Of a DNA stretch of 61,635 nucleotides, positions 27,350-37,232 are shown piece after piece. Position numbers and translations under genes: made by a program. The stretch comes from a virus (taxonomy: Duplodnaviria; Heunggongvirae; Uroviricota; Caudoviricetes): the IMG/VR virus record IMGVR_UViG_3300033049_000033, positions 64,001 through 125,635 of that record; one strand, 5' to 3'. Each line of letters begins with the position of its first letter. The first letter of the stretch is position 1. The notes below the pieces were generated by a model. The model was given only the letters and a program-made list of their open reading frames with translations, did no database searches and was not told where the DNA came from.

Positions 27350-27547
27350 ATGTCTAACAAAAAAACACCTATAAACGAATCCGTAAAAATTACCGAGAAT
27401 GACTTGGTTGCAATGATTGAAGGTATTGTCCTTGAAGAAGTTGCTAAAGCAAAAGGTAAGTGGTTACAAGAACAAAAAGAGTCTAAAGAGACACTATTGG
27501 AGAACCGACTTGCTGCTCTAGAGAAGAGACTCTCTACCAAGAAGTAA
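27350..27547 (+). CDS. small late coiled-coil protein
   Basis: Late motif at 27304; INES, ITEN and LLEN motifs. Confidence 0.7.
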   Translation: MSNKKTPINESVKITENDLVAMIEGIVLEEVAKAKGKWLQEQKESKETLLENRLAALEKRLSTKK

Positions 27548-27568
27548 TTTAACCTATTCAAACATACT

Positions 27569-27602
27569 AAAAGCCAAGGCGTGATTACACGCCTTGGCTT
27601 TT
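27569..27602. terminator. bidirectional Rho-independent terminator
   Basis: AAAAGCCAAGGCGTG-ATTA-CACGCCTTGGCTTTT. Confidence 0.9.
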
Positions 27603-27651
27603 AACGTTACAGAAACTTGTATTTCTCGATAATTATACGTATCTTTGTTTA

Positions 27652-28341
27652 ATGCTAGAAATAAAAGAGACTTTAATACGTAAAGATGTCCCCCTTACTG
27701 TATCAGTAGAGAAGGACGAATTTATAGAAGCGAGTGAGAAAGCTTTTGATTGTGCTTTCAATGGTACATCGGAGTTCTATCCTTGGGAGCTTCCTGAGTC
27801 ATTACCATCCGAATTCTCTCTTGGAGTCATTGTGGGTGGCTCTGGTTCTGGAAAGTCTACAATGCTTAAAGAGTTTGGAAAAGAAGAAGTACCAAAATGG
27901 GATATTAATAAAGCGATAGTATCACATTTTGAATCTCCAGATGAAGCAATAAATAAACTTACAGCCGTAGGTTTGAATACGGTACCTTCTTGGTACAAAC
28001 CATATCAATCATTATCAAATGGGGAGAAGTTCAGGGCTGACCTTGCCCGTAAACTAAAAGACGGTGCAGTTATCGATGAGTTCACTAGTGTTGTGGATAG
28101 AAACGTAGCTAAGGCCGCAAGTATGGCTTTGGCCAGATATGTAAAAAATAATAACCTTAAAAATGTGGTAATATCAACGTGCCACCATGATATAGTCGAC
28201 TGGCTTGAACCTGAATGGGTTATAAATACTGATATGGGTCATTTGTATGACGGTTTTTTTTTGTCCGACCAGAAATCAATATCGAAGTATATAAGGCAGA
28301 CCGCAGTATCTGGGGAATGTTTAAAGACCATCACTATTTAA
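27652..28341 (+). CDS. ABC-type ATPase (N-terminal part of an ATPase-GNAT fusion)
   Basis: Walker A GGSGSGKST, signature LSNGEKFR, Walker B VIDEFTS. Confidence 0.9.
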   Translation: MLEIKETLIRKDVPLTVSVEKDEFIEASEKAFDCAFNGTSEFYPWELPESLPSEFSLGVIVGGSGSGKSTMLKEFGKEEVPKWDINKAIVSHFESPDEAINKLTAVGLNTVPSWYKPYQSLSNGEKFRADLARKLKDGAVIDEFTSVVDRNVAKAASMALARYVKNNNLKNVVISTCHHDIVDWLEPEWVINTDMGHLYDGFFLSDQKSISKYIRQTAVSGECLKTITI

Positions 28342-28733
28342 GCGGAGATTTAGCCACAGCATCAAGATGTTACGTTGGTATAATGAATGGTGAGGTAGTT
28401 GCCTTTAGTGCCAGTATGACAATGCCAAATGGGTACATTAAAAATGCTTGGAGGGGTCACAGAACGGTTGTATTACCAGATTATCAAGGAATGGGTATCG
28501 GGATGAGATTCTCTAATGCCATGGGTGAAATTCATTTAGCCGAGGGGCATAGATACTTCTCACGGACGGCACATCCTAAGATGATTTACTATCGTGAACA
28601 TTCCCCGTTATGGCGACCCACAAGTAAGAATATGAAACTTAGAAAAGATATTACACATAATAATATTTTCAATAATCATTATGCTGACAATAAACGTATT
28701 TGTGGTAGTCACGAATATATGGGTGAGTCATAA
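28254..28733 (+). CDS. GNAT acetyltransferase domain (-1 frame continuation of the ATPase)
   Basis: The -1 frame is open from the T9 run: FFFVRPEINIEVY...WGMFKDHHYL...RTVVLPDYQGMGIG (acetyl-CoA motif A). Confidence 0.8.
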   Translation, partial: FFFVRPEINIEVYKADRSIWGMFKDHHYLSGDLATASRCYVGIMNGEVVAFSASMTMPNGYIKNAWRGHRTVVLPDYQGMGIGMRFSNAMGEIHLAEGHRYFSRTAHPKMIYYREHSPLWRPTSKNMKLRKDITHNNIFNNHYADNKRICGSHEYMGES

Positions 28734-29594
28734 CGACTCTATAAGTTTATTATCAATATCCTCATCGTATTTTATTCTTATTAATTTTATCCCCATATTC
28801 TCACAATAATTTGTTTTTATATTATCGTTGTGTAATGTCTGCATGTGTCCAGCTATACCACCAAAACGCTTTACTGGTTTATAATGTTGTATTCCATCAT
28901 ACTCAATACAGATATTAAGCTCTGGTAAATAAAAATCAAATGGTAGTGGTAACTCATTTCTACAGTCGTTAAATCTATATTGTGATATAAAATTAACCTC
29001 CTCATTACGTAAATGTTGTTTTATTTGTTTCTCACCTTTAGACTCGCCACATATATTACACCCATGACCTTTCTTATGGTTTTTAGGTGTCTGCACGAAT
29101 TTACCATGTTCTGGGCACACAATAATAACTTTAGTAACGTTATTAGTATAGGACACTAAAGAATAATCGTATTTGTCTCCGTGAACCTTTTTAGATTTTC
29201 CTATAAATTCACTTACGGTATCTTTAAGTTTATTAGACGTCCTTTTTTTACCACATCGATAACATCCTTTACCAATTAAATGTTTGTTCGGTGTTTGATG
29301 GAATTGTCCGTGTTTGGAACAAACTATATTAACCTCAATATTACTACGCATATATTTAACTAACGAATAATCGTATTTATCCCCATGCACCTGTATAGCC
29401 TTCTGAATAAAACTATCAGTATTACTGGTTTTTGTTCTTACCCTATTTAACTTTGCGCAGTCTGGGCACCCTTTTCCGTATAAGTGATTATATATCATTT
29501 GTTCGAACTCGCCATGCTCTGAACAAATAATTGTAACTTTATCTTTAGTGGATAGAAATTCATATTTAGAATAATCGTATTTATCCCCATGCAC
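28728..29594 (-). mobile_element. freestanding homing endonuclease (Zn-ribbon repeats + Vsr/DUF559-like PD-(D/E)xK domain)
   Basis: Three HGDKYDYS...CxxHGxF...GxGCxxC repeats; LPFDFYLPELNICIEYDGIQHY; late motif at 29617-29624. Confidence 0.8.
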
Positions 29595-29643
29595 CTAAAC
29601 GAATTTTGTTTTCTTAATAAATATACGTATCTTTGTAAAACGA

Positions 29644-29808
29644 CATCCTAAGATGGGGTTTTACCGAGAGAACTCCAAATTATGGAGGGCAACTAGTAAG
29701 AATAGGAAGCTACGAAAAGATATTACACATAATAACATATTTAACAACCATTACGCTGATAACAAACGAATTTGTTTCAGTCACGAATATATAGGATATG
29801 ACAGCTAA
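29644..29808 (+). repeat. diverged second copy of the GNAT 3' end (vs 28572-28733)
   Basis: HPKMGFYRENSKLWRATSKNRKLRKDITHNNIFNNHYADNKRICFSHEYIGYDS vs HPKMIYYREHSPLWRPTSKNMKLRKDITHNNIFNNHYADNKRICGSHEYMGES. Confidence 0.9.
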
Positions 29809-30550
29809 ACAGACTATATTTGGACTCGTTTTACTATTCTTAATAGGTGGAGCACAATTCTATCAGAATATTAGGAAAGATAATAATATCAAGGAGATAA
29901 AAGAAATGTTGGAAACACATATAGAGGCTTCTAAGGTAGAAATTAAACTTCCTGATGGGTTTACCTATGTTTATGACCGATTTGCCATCTACAACGCTAA
30001 AATCGATACTCAGACAGTTATTACCTACCTTTCGGTAGTAGATAGTTTCGGGTTGCGAGAAGATAGTACCCATTTTGACTGGTTTATAGGTCAAATACTT
30101 TACGAGAGTGGCGCTAGACAGCGAAAGGCTGATGGTAGTATTCTTAGAGGTACTTCTGGTGAGGTAGGCATAGCACAGATTATGCCTTCAACTGCATTGG
30201 GAGTGTTATCTCAGATTAAAGACCCTAATATCTTATTGAGGTTGGGTGTTCACGATTTCTCATTTGCTAATAATAAATCAATTAAAAAGGTAAATAAAAT
30301 TAAACTAACCATTGAATGGTTAAGTGACATTAATAATAACCTGACATTGTGGGGATATATTATGCGAGGTAAAATGGAACGTAATGGGCTATTAAAAGGA
30401 TTGGTAGCGTACAATGCTGGTACTGGTGGAATGATGAAATTCATCAGTCAATTTCGTAAGCCTGAAAAGCATAAATATATTAAAGGGATTAGGGATACGC
30501 TACGTTATATAGCCAATAAAGGTTTAGTGCCCTCTTTGGAAAGCGTGTAA
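29798..30550 (+). CDS. lytic transglycosylase (SLT) with N-terminal membrane anchor
   Basis: LYESG (catalytic Glu), GIAQIMPSTA, AYNAG. Confidence 0.85.
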   Translation: MTAKQTIFGLVLLFLIGGAQFYQNIRKDNNIKEIKEMLETHIEASKVEIKLPDGFTYVYDRFAIYNAKIDTQTVITYLSVVDSFGLREDSTHFDWFIGQILYESGARQRKADGSILRGTSGEVGIAQIMPSTALGVLSQIKDPNILLRLGVHDFSFANNKSIKKVNKIKLTIEWLSDINNNLTLWGYIMRGKMERNGLLKGLVAYNAGTGGMMKFISQFRKPEKHKYIKGIRDTLRYIANKGLVPSLESV

Positions 30551-31123
30551 CCCATCTTTAATTCGATTGGCTCCAGCTCTTTCCCAGAAGTCTCTATTCT
30601 TAGGGTTTGTCGGTATTAATAGAGTATTCATTGTAGGCATAGTTCTAAAGATTAATGGAATAGCGTCAGTAATTACCTTAATAGGTCGTTCCAATGGTGA
30701 TATTCTAATATCAATAATATTAGAAGTGTCATCGGTAAGTGAGCCAGTCACATTATCAATTTCAATTCCACCTATTGGAGTGTTACCTTTACATATAAAG
30801 TAGATTGTTGATTCAGGATTCTCGTCAGCAATTTTAATGTTAACATGTTCTCTAAGTCTACTTAGAATGGTTCTCTTAATAATCGGCATATCAGCTTCGT
30901 CAATCTCTACTTTTTCCATATCACTATAATATTTTGGATTACCCATTAAATGGTCTTTGGCGATTTCTTTACTGGTCGCTTCATCATCAGTATGCTCCAG
31001 TTCGTCCTCAGTACCCTTTTTAAGTTCACCTTTAAGGTTTTTGGTGTCCATGTCATGATGCTTGGCGATATCCTTCATTGAGAGGTTATCCGCTTTGCCA
31101 CCTTTAAGTTTATCTTTACTCAT
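30524..31123 (-). CDS. hypothetical protein (DUF5661-like N-terminus)
   Basis: KGGKAD...ELEHT...EIAKDHL...PKYY pattern; start MSKDK within the palindrome CATATTTATAAATATG. Confidence 0.6.
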   Translation of the reverse strand: MSKDKLKGGKADNLSMKDIAKHHDMDTKNLKGELKKGTEDELEHTDDEATSKEIAKDHLMGNPKYYSDMEKVEIDEADMPIIKRTILSRLREHVNIKIADENPESTIYFICKGNTPIGGIEIDNVTGSLTDDTSNIIDIRISPLERPIKVITDAIPLIFRTMPTMNTLLIPTNPKNRDFWERAGANRIKDGLHAFQRGH

Positions 31124-31134
31124 ATTTATAAATA

Positions 31135-31167
31135 TGAAAAGGTCGAGCAAAATACTCGACCTTTTCA
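31135..31167. terminator. bidirectional terminator (ends clpC)
   Basis: TGAAAAGGTCGAG-CAAAATA-CTCGACCTTTTCA. Confidence 0.85.
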
Positions 31168-31188
31168 CGTTTGTTATGATGTAGAGCC

Positions 31189-33672
31189 TTATGCTTTCAC
31201 AAACATCTCATCCTTCTTCTTATTGTATGATACGTTAATTACAGCATCTGAACTTACTGTATCCAATAGAATTTGGTCGGCAATTAAATTACCAACTACC
31301 TTTTGTAATACTCTAGCTAACGGCCTTGCACCATATTCTTCATGATAACCTTCTTCAGCTAAATAGTCAATTGCAGCCTTGTCAAGCTTGATTTCATATC
31401 CAGCATCGGCTATTTGAGCTTTAAGCTTTGCCAACTCAATGTGGATAATCTTATCAATATCTTGTCTAGAAAGACTGTTGAAGATAATAGCCTCGTCAAG
31501 ACGATTAAGGAATTCTGGTGGGAATTTCTTCTTAAGTGCCTTTTCAATGATACCTCTCTTACGCTCATCGCTGGCCGCAAGACTTGTATCTGTTTTGAAA
31601 CCAACACCTGCACCCATGATATTTAATTGTTTAACACCTACGTTAGATGTCATAATTATCAAACAATTCTTAAAGCTTACTTTACGACCTAAACCATCAG
31701 TAAGATGCCCTTCATCCAATAGTTGCAATAATGTATTGAAGATATCTGGGTGAGCCTTTTCTATTTCGTCAAATAGTACTACAGAATAAGGTCGTCTCCT
31801 AACCTCTTCAGTCAATTGTCCACCTTTTTCATGTCCAACATATCCTGGAGGACTACCCAACATTCTAGATACTGTATGTCCCTCTCGATATTCACTCATA
31901 TCAATTCGCACTAGAGCTTCTCGGTCACCGAACATTTCTGCCGCTAATTGCTTGGCCAGTTCTGTCTTACCAACTCCAGTAGGACCTAGAAAAATAAATG
32001 ACCCGATTGGCTTGTTTTTAGGTTTAAGACCTAATCTATTTCGTTTAAGAGCTTGTGTTACGGTATCTACCGCTTCGTCCTGTCCAATTAATACTTTCTT
32101 AATAGTTTCGTCCATATAAAGTAATTTCTTAGTCTCTTGACTTGAAATCTTGGTAATTGGAATGCCAGTCATAGTTGAAATTACATCACATATTTCTTCT
32201 ACACCAACTTCGGTTCTCTTACTATCCATTTCTTTAGACCAAGCTTCTTTAGCTGCATCCAAATCCTTTTGTATGTTCTTTTCTTGGTCTCTCAATTCTG
32301 CTGCCTCTTCATAGTTTTGGCTACGGACAACTTCTAATTTCTTTCTTTTAATGTTGGTCTTGGCTGTTTCCAAAGCTTTGATTCTATCTGGTTTTTCCAT
32401 ACCTACGTTCGTAGCGGCTCCAGCTTCATCCAAGACATCAATTGCCTTGTCTGGCATTGCTCTTTCGGTAATATACCTGTCAGACAACTTAACGCATTCT
32501 TCAATGGCTTCATCTGTATAAACTACCTTGTGATGCTCTTCGTACTTGTCTTTGATATTTTCAAGAATAATTTTAGTTTCCTCTAAAGATGGTTCATTTA
32601 CGAGTACTTGTTGGAAACGTCTTGTTAACGCACCATCCTTTTCCACATTCTCTCTGAATTCATCCAATGTAGTTGCACCTATAATTTGAATCTCTCCGTT
32701 TGCCAATGCTGGCTTAAATATGTTAGCTGCATCCATCGAGCCTGATGCGGCACCTGCTCCAACCATAGTGTGAAGTTCATCAATGAATAGAACTACATTA
32801 GGGTTCTCCTTAAGCTCATCCATCAGAGCTTTCATTCTTTCTTCAAATTGGCCACGGTATTTTGTTCCAGCTACTAAACTGGCTAGATTAAGTGAATAGA
32901 TACGCTTATCTGATATAATCATCGGTGCATCCTGTTCATGAATCAGTTTGGCCAATCCCTCAACGATTGAGGTTTTTCCAACTCCTGGGTCACCAATAAG
33001 TACTGGATTATTTTTCTTTCGTCTTGATAAAATTTGAGTGACACGTTTAATCTCTTTTTCACGACCAACTACTGGGTCAATCTCCCCTCTTTCTGCTGAT
33101 GCAGAAATGTCTCTACAGAAGCTATCTAATACTGGCGTATTTCTACCATTGTTAGATTGCTTACGTCTTTCCTTCACTCTTCTTTTAGGATTACCACTAT
33201 TTGGTGCTTCTTCATTTTCTGGGTCTTCAAAATCGCTCATAATTACTACTTTTTCTTTAAATTCTTTATAGTTAATACCATGGTTAGATAAAACACCGTT
33301 AATAGGTGAGTCTTTTTTAATCGCACTTAAAAACATATGTACCGTATCCAATGTGAAGTCACCTAAACTATTACATTCTTCGTCAATACCTTGAAATACT
33401 TCTTTGATGTCAGCACTCATTTCATTATGACGCTTCTGCTTACCAACCCTAGGTATGATATCTTTGTTATAAACTTCATCATATAGAGAGTCAAATAAAC
33501 CGTTTAGGTCTACGTCCATATTGAGTAGTACTTCAGTCGCTCTATTATCTCCATCTTCTACAATGGATAGTATAACATGTTCTGGTCGAAGTTGGTTACC
33601 GTTATGGTTTAACACTTCTTGCATAGCCTCACGGACTATAGCTTTAAGTTTGGGTCTAATGTTTCTATTCAT
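31189..33672 (-). CDS. clpC: ClpC-like AAA+ chaperone/Clp protease ATP-binding subunit
   Basis: Clp-N domain; [13 protein letters not shown]; UVR coil [10 protein letters not shown]; [10 protein letters not shown]; RIDMSEY; VGF ClpP-docking loop. Confidence 0.92.
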   Translation of the reverse strand: MNRNIRPKLKAIVREAMQEVLNHNGNQLRPEHVILSIVEDGDNRATEVLLNMDVDLNGLFDSLYDEVYNKDIIPRVGKQKRHNEMSADIKEVFQGIDEECNSLGDFTLDTVHMFLSAIKKDSPINGVLSNHGINYKEFKEKVVIMSDFEDPENEEAPNSGNPKRRVKERRKQSNNGRNTPVLDSFCRDISASAERGEIDPVVGREKEIKRVTQILSRRKKNNPVLIGDPGVGKTSIVEGLAKLIHEQDAPMIISDKRIYSLNLASLVAGTKYRGQFEERMKALMDELKENPNVVLFIDELHTMVGAGAASGSMDAANIFKPALANGEIQIIGATTLDEFRENVEKDGALTRRFQQVLVNEPSLEETKIILENIKDKYEEHHKVVYTDEAIEECVKLSDRYITERAMPDKAIDVLDEAGAATNVGMEKPDRIKALETAKTNIKRKKLEVVRSQNYEEAAELRDQEKNIQKDLDAAKEAWSKEMDSKRTEVGVEEICDVISTMTGIPITKISSQETKKLLYMDETIKKVLIGQDEAVDTVTQALKRNRLGLKPKNKPIGSFIFLGPTGVGKTELAKQLAAEMFGDREALVRIDMSEYREGHTVSRMLGSPPGYVGHEKGGQLTEEVRRRPYSVVLFDEIEKAHPDIFNTLLQLLDEGHLTDGLGRKVSFKNCLIIMTSNVGVKQLNIMGAGVGFKTDTSLAASDERKRGIIEKALKKKFPPEFLNRLDEAIIFNSLSRQDIDKIIHIELAKLKAQIADAGYEIKLDKAAIDYLAEEGYHEEYGARPLARVLQKVVGNLIADQILLDTVSSDAVINVSYNKKKDEMFVKA

Positions 33673-33793
33673 ATTATTTACTTATGCAAATATACGGATA
33701 ATATCCCAGTAAAACAAATTTATCTGTTGATTTTTTCAACTTTTATACGTATCTTTGTACTATAATAACAACAACAAACACAAAAGTAAACTA

Positions 33794-34210
33794 ATGTTAG
33801 TACACAAAAAACAAGTCGAAGAGACAACAAAGGCACTTTATAAATCAAGCAATATTTTAGCATCGTCATATAATCCAAGCGCAAAAACGTTGGAGATTAT
33901 ATTCAAAAAGGGTACCAAGTACGCTTACAGTGATGTAGATGCTACCGCTTATATGCGATTCGAAACGGCTGAAAGCCAAGGGAAAATTTTAAACTCTCAT
34001 ATCAAGAAATTTGCATTCACTAAGTTAGATGACGTTGACCCAAATGGAATTGAAACAATGATTACATCTTACCAATCTGCTAATGACGCTACTCTTATGA
34101 AAGAATTTGCGGTTAGGGTTACAGGATTATTGGGGGAAGAGGTAACTAAGGACACTATAATGACCATTAGAGACCTTACGGAAAAAACCATTACTATCTT
34201 AGAAGGATAA
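33794..34210 (+). CDS. KTSC-domain protein
   Basis: SSNILASSYNPSAKTLEIIF...YAY...AESQGK. Confidence 0.8.
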   Translation: MLVHKKQVEETTKALYKSSNILASSYNPSAKTLEIIFKKGTKYAYSDVDATAYMRFETAESQGKILNSHIKKFAFTKLDDVDPNGIETMITSYQSANDATLMKEFAVRVTGLLGEEVTKDTIMTIRDLTEKTITILEG

Positions 34211-34319
34211 TGGCAGAATCATATGATATGTATCGTACCCGAATAGATATAAGGCAGAGCTATTACAGGTATACATTGATTAGTCCTATAATAGACTTTT
34301 TATTTGAAGATTTATAAAA

Positions 34320-34592
34320 ATGGAAGAAAAAGAACCAGATGTTAAGGGCATCAAACACGGACTAATAGTCGTTGACCCCTCTCAAAAGGGTGAGATGTTA
34401 GAAATTCTACACTTCGTAGGATACTGGAAAGAACCGACCAAAGAATCAATTGATGATTTTAGACGAGAAATTAAAACCGATAAAGAATTCGGATTAACAG
34501 AGATTGCTGACAGGTTAAGTATATTGCCTGCACCCGACTACATAGTCGAGCGATTTAAAGAAATAGCTAAAAACGAAATAGAAGATGAGTAA
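34320..34592 (+). CDS. hypothetical protein
   Basis: 90 aa. Confidence 0.65.
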   Translation: MEEKEPDVKGIKHGLIVVDPSQKGEMLEILHFVGYWKEPTKESIDDFRREIKTDKEFGLTEIADRLSILPAPDYIVERFKEIAKNEIEDE

Positions 34593-34959
34593 AGAGAAGA
34601 TTGAACTGGATGAGTTTATAAAACTAGCAACAAAAGATTGGGACGATGTTCCTACAATTGACGAACGTTATGATGATGAATGGCAAATGGATTTCGTTAT
34701 GGGATTAGGCGAGTATAGCTGGGGTGAAGAGTTTGGGGAAGAGTTTCCTTACGAGTATGTCGAGTCAATAGAGGTTATCGGACATAAGAATAGTTATATT
34801 AACTTCACTATTATCAAGCGTAAGAGTGACGATAAATATTTTGAAATAAGTATTAGACATGGTAGTATGAGTTCCGATATGGAATACGATTCGTTTACTG
34901 AAACCAAAAAGGTGGTTGTAGAACCACGTTGGGAGTTTCAAGATTGGGATATGGATTAA
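34585..34959 (+). CDS. acidic hypothetical protein
   Basis: 124 aa. Confidence 0.7.
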   Translation: MSKEKIELDEFIKLATKDWDDVPTIDERYDDEWQMDFVMGLGEYSWGEEFGEEFPYEYVESIEVIGHKNSYINFTIIKRKSDDKYFEISIRHGSMSSDMEYDSFTETKKVVVEPRWEFQDWDMD

Positions 34960-34973
34960 AACGAGAAATAGAA

Positions 34974-36344
34974 ATGAATAAATTAGACAAAGATTATCAA
35001 GCACTATTAGCCGATATTTTAGAGAACGGAGTTATTAAAGGTGACCGAACTGGAACTGGAACTAAATCCGTATTTGGTAGGACAATCAGACACAAGATGT
35101 CAGATGGATTTCCACTATTAACAACCAAGAAGATGTTCCATAAAGGAGTATTCACAGAGCTACTATGGCTTCTGAACGGTGATACCAACATCCAGTGGTT
35201 AGTTCAGAACGATTGTAACATATGGGTTGGTGACGCTTATAAAAAGTTTGTTAAATTCATTAGTAATGAATGGAATGGTGGGAACTTAGATAAAATGGTT
35301 GAGGCAGGTTATATCATTGAGACCATGGTTCTTCAAGAGGAGAGTGGGATGGATTTCGATTCAGTTAATTATGCTCCTCTTTCTGAAAAAGGGTTTACTG
35401 AACGAATTAGGGTTGAGGACGACTTTGCTGAGAAGTGGGGAGACTTAGGTCCTATCTACGGAAAACAATGGAGAGATTGGGGCGATAGTACTAACTACAT
35501 TAAGCTTAGAGACGGTGATGAACACAAACTACATACCAAAGGTGTAGACCAAATATCCAAATTGCTTGACGATTTAACTAATAATCCTGACAGCAGAAGG
35601 ATGATGGTTAATGCGTGGAAGGTAGATGAGATTAATCAAATGACTTTGCCGCCATGTCACTACGGATTCCAAGTAACTACTAGAGAATTAAGTTTAGAAG
35701 AAAGAGTTGCCATCTGGGATGAAAGTCATTTGAAAAATGTTAAGCCTGAGAATTCTATGGATAACTTGGATTTAGATGGGGATGGAATACCTAAACGAGC
35801 AATATCTCTATTGTGGATTCAACGAAGTGTTGATACCTTCCTTGGCTTGCCCTTTAATATTGCGTCTTACGGAGCTTTACTAATGATTCTAGGGGAATTA
35901 ACCAATATGGTACCAGACGAGCTTGTAGGACAACTAGGTGACACTCATTTGTACAGTAATCATTTCAACCAAGCTGAGGAACAGATTGGGAGCGAATTAG
36001 ACGTATTCGAAAGATACAATTTAGTGGTTGAGGCTGGTAAGATGACGGATGGTATGGCAGCTAATTTCGATGCTGCGTTTGAAGCGTTAGAGAAATCTGA
36101 CCCTAAAGTGGCATCTACGACTTTATTCGATAGCTGGCATGGTATTTTTGATGAATTTGACGTCATCAGACATACTCGTAAGCCTTATGATTTACCAAAA
36201 TTAAGAATAAATACGGAGTTTTGGAATCCAGAGAACGTACTTGGAACTAATTGGGACGCAATTCTTGAGGGTATCGAGATAGATGACTTCCAATTGGAAG
36301 GTTATGAATCTCACTCAAGAATTAAAGCACCTTTAAGTAACTAA
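34974..36344 (+). CDS. thyA: thymidylate synthase with large insertions
   Basis: DRTGTGT, FPLLTTKK, LPPCH, QRSVDTFLGLPFNIASY, GDTHLYSNH. Confidence 0.95.
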   Translation: MNKLDKDYQALLADILENGVIKGDRTGTGTKSVFGRTIRHKMSDGFPLLTTKKMFHKGVFTELLWLLNGDTNIQWLVQNDCNIWVGDAYKKFVKFISNEWNGGNLDKMVEAGYIIETMVLQEESGMDFDSVNYAPLSEKGFTERIRVEDDFAEKWGDLGPIYGKQWRDWGDSTNYIKLRDGDEHKLHTKGVDQISKLLDDLTNNPDSRRMMVNAWKVDEINQMTLPPCHYGFQVTTRELSLEERVAIWDESHLKNVKPENSMDNLDLDGDGIPKRAISLLWIQRSVDTFLGLPFNIASYGALLMILGELTNMVPDELVGQLGDTHLYSNHFNQAEEQIGSELDVFERYNLVVEAGKMTDGMAANFDAAFEALEKSDPKVASTTLFDSWHGIFDEFDVIRHTRKPYDLPKLRINTEFWNPENVLGTNWDAILEGIEIDDFQLEGYESHSRIKAPLSN

Positions 36345-36345
36345 G

Positions 36346-36564
36346 ATGACTGATAATATGATATTAAAACTAACAGCTTACGACCCAGCAGGTGTTGAAC
36401 TAGGTTCGACACAGCCTATAAATTATACCAACTTAGATATGACTGAGGGAAGGAGAACTATTCGACATCTACTAACTATCGGTAAGTATGAATATTGGGT
36501 TAAATTAGATGGTGAGATTATAGACCAATTGGAAGACAATGAAAGCAATATTAGCCGTAAATAA
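36346..36564 (+). CDS. hypothetical protein
   Basis: 72 aa between thyA and DHFR. Confidence 0.55.
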   Translation: MTDNMILKLTAYDPAGVELGSTQPINYTNLDMTEGRRTIRHLLTIGKYEYWVKLDGEIIDQLEDNESNISRK

Positions 36565-36901
36565 TCTAGGATTCATTGGTCTAAACGATGGTCTACCGTG
36601 GAGAAATATAGAGGATTTCAAACACTTCAAATTAATGACTAATGGATGTAAACTTTTAGTTGGGTATAATACCAATGAAACTTTACCACCGCTTAGAAAT
36701 AGGGAAGTGATGGTGGACAAACGAGGAGAATTAACCTTCGTTGAGTGGTGTATAGGTGGTAAAAAGACATATGAGAAATATGCATCACATTTCACAGAAT
36801 TACATATCTCTCACATAGATGATAATACTATTGGTGACACCTTATTTCCAGACTTTTCCAATCTAAACCCAGATTGCGTTATCTACAATTACCATTTCTA
36901 A
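36539..36901 (+). CDS. folA: dihydrofolate reductase (compact)
   Basis: IGLNDGLPW...EDFKHFK...LPPLRNR...CIGG...GDTLFP. Confidence 0.88.
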   Translation: MKAILAVNNLGFIGLNDGLPWRNIEDFKHFKLMTNGCKLLVGYNTNETLPPLRNREVMVDKRGELTFVEWCIGGKKTYEKYASHFTELHISHIDDNTIGDTLFPDFSNLNPDCVIYNYHF

Positions 36902-36958
36902 CCAATATCCGTCTTTTTTGCTAGTTTGTTTATATTTATAAATGATAAATTAGATAAC

Positions 36959-37219
36959 ATGCCAAGAGCAAACGGAATATACTCAATAATTCACCCAGCT
37001 AGTGGGGCAACACTTAGTGCTTATACTTATTACGAAATATATGCTGGTGCTGGAGGTGGCGTGGCCACCGTAAATGGTACCGTCATTAACTTTGGCGAAA
37101 GTAGCAATATTGAAGTGTTGGTAAGGAAACTGAATAATGTTTCAGGTAACCTATACTTATTGGGGGAAATTAAGAGTGTTTCAACAGGTGGAACTTATAT
37201 TGGGGGGACATACGGATAA
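36959..37219 (+). CDS. small late protein (beta-rich, possibly structural)
   Basis: Late motif at 36932-36939. Confidence 0.6.
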   Translation: MPRANGIYSIIHPASGATLSAYTYYEIYAGAGGGVATVNGTVINFGESSNIEVLVRKLNNVSGNLYLLGEIKSVSTGGTYIGGTYG

Positions 37220-37232
37220 AAAATAAATTAGG

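Noticed and set aside
27652-28341. Membrane ABC transporter
   Set aside because: No permease nearby; the ATPase is linked to a GNAT instead
34974-36344. dCMP hydroxymethylase, or intein/intron in thyA
   Set aside because: PFN (Asn) specifies dUMP; the ORF is continuous and the inserts lack C/S...HN intein ends
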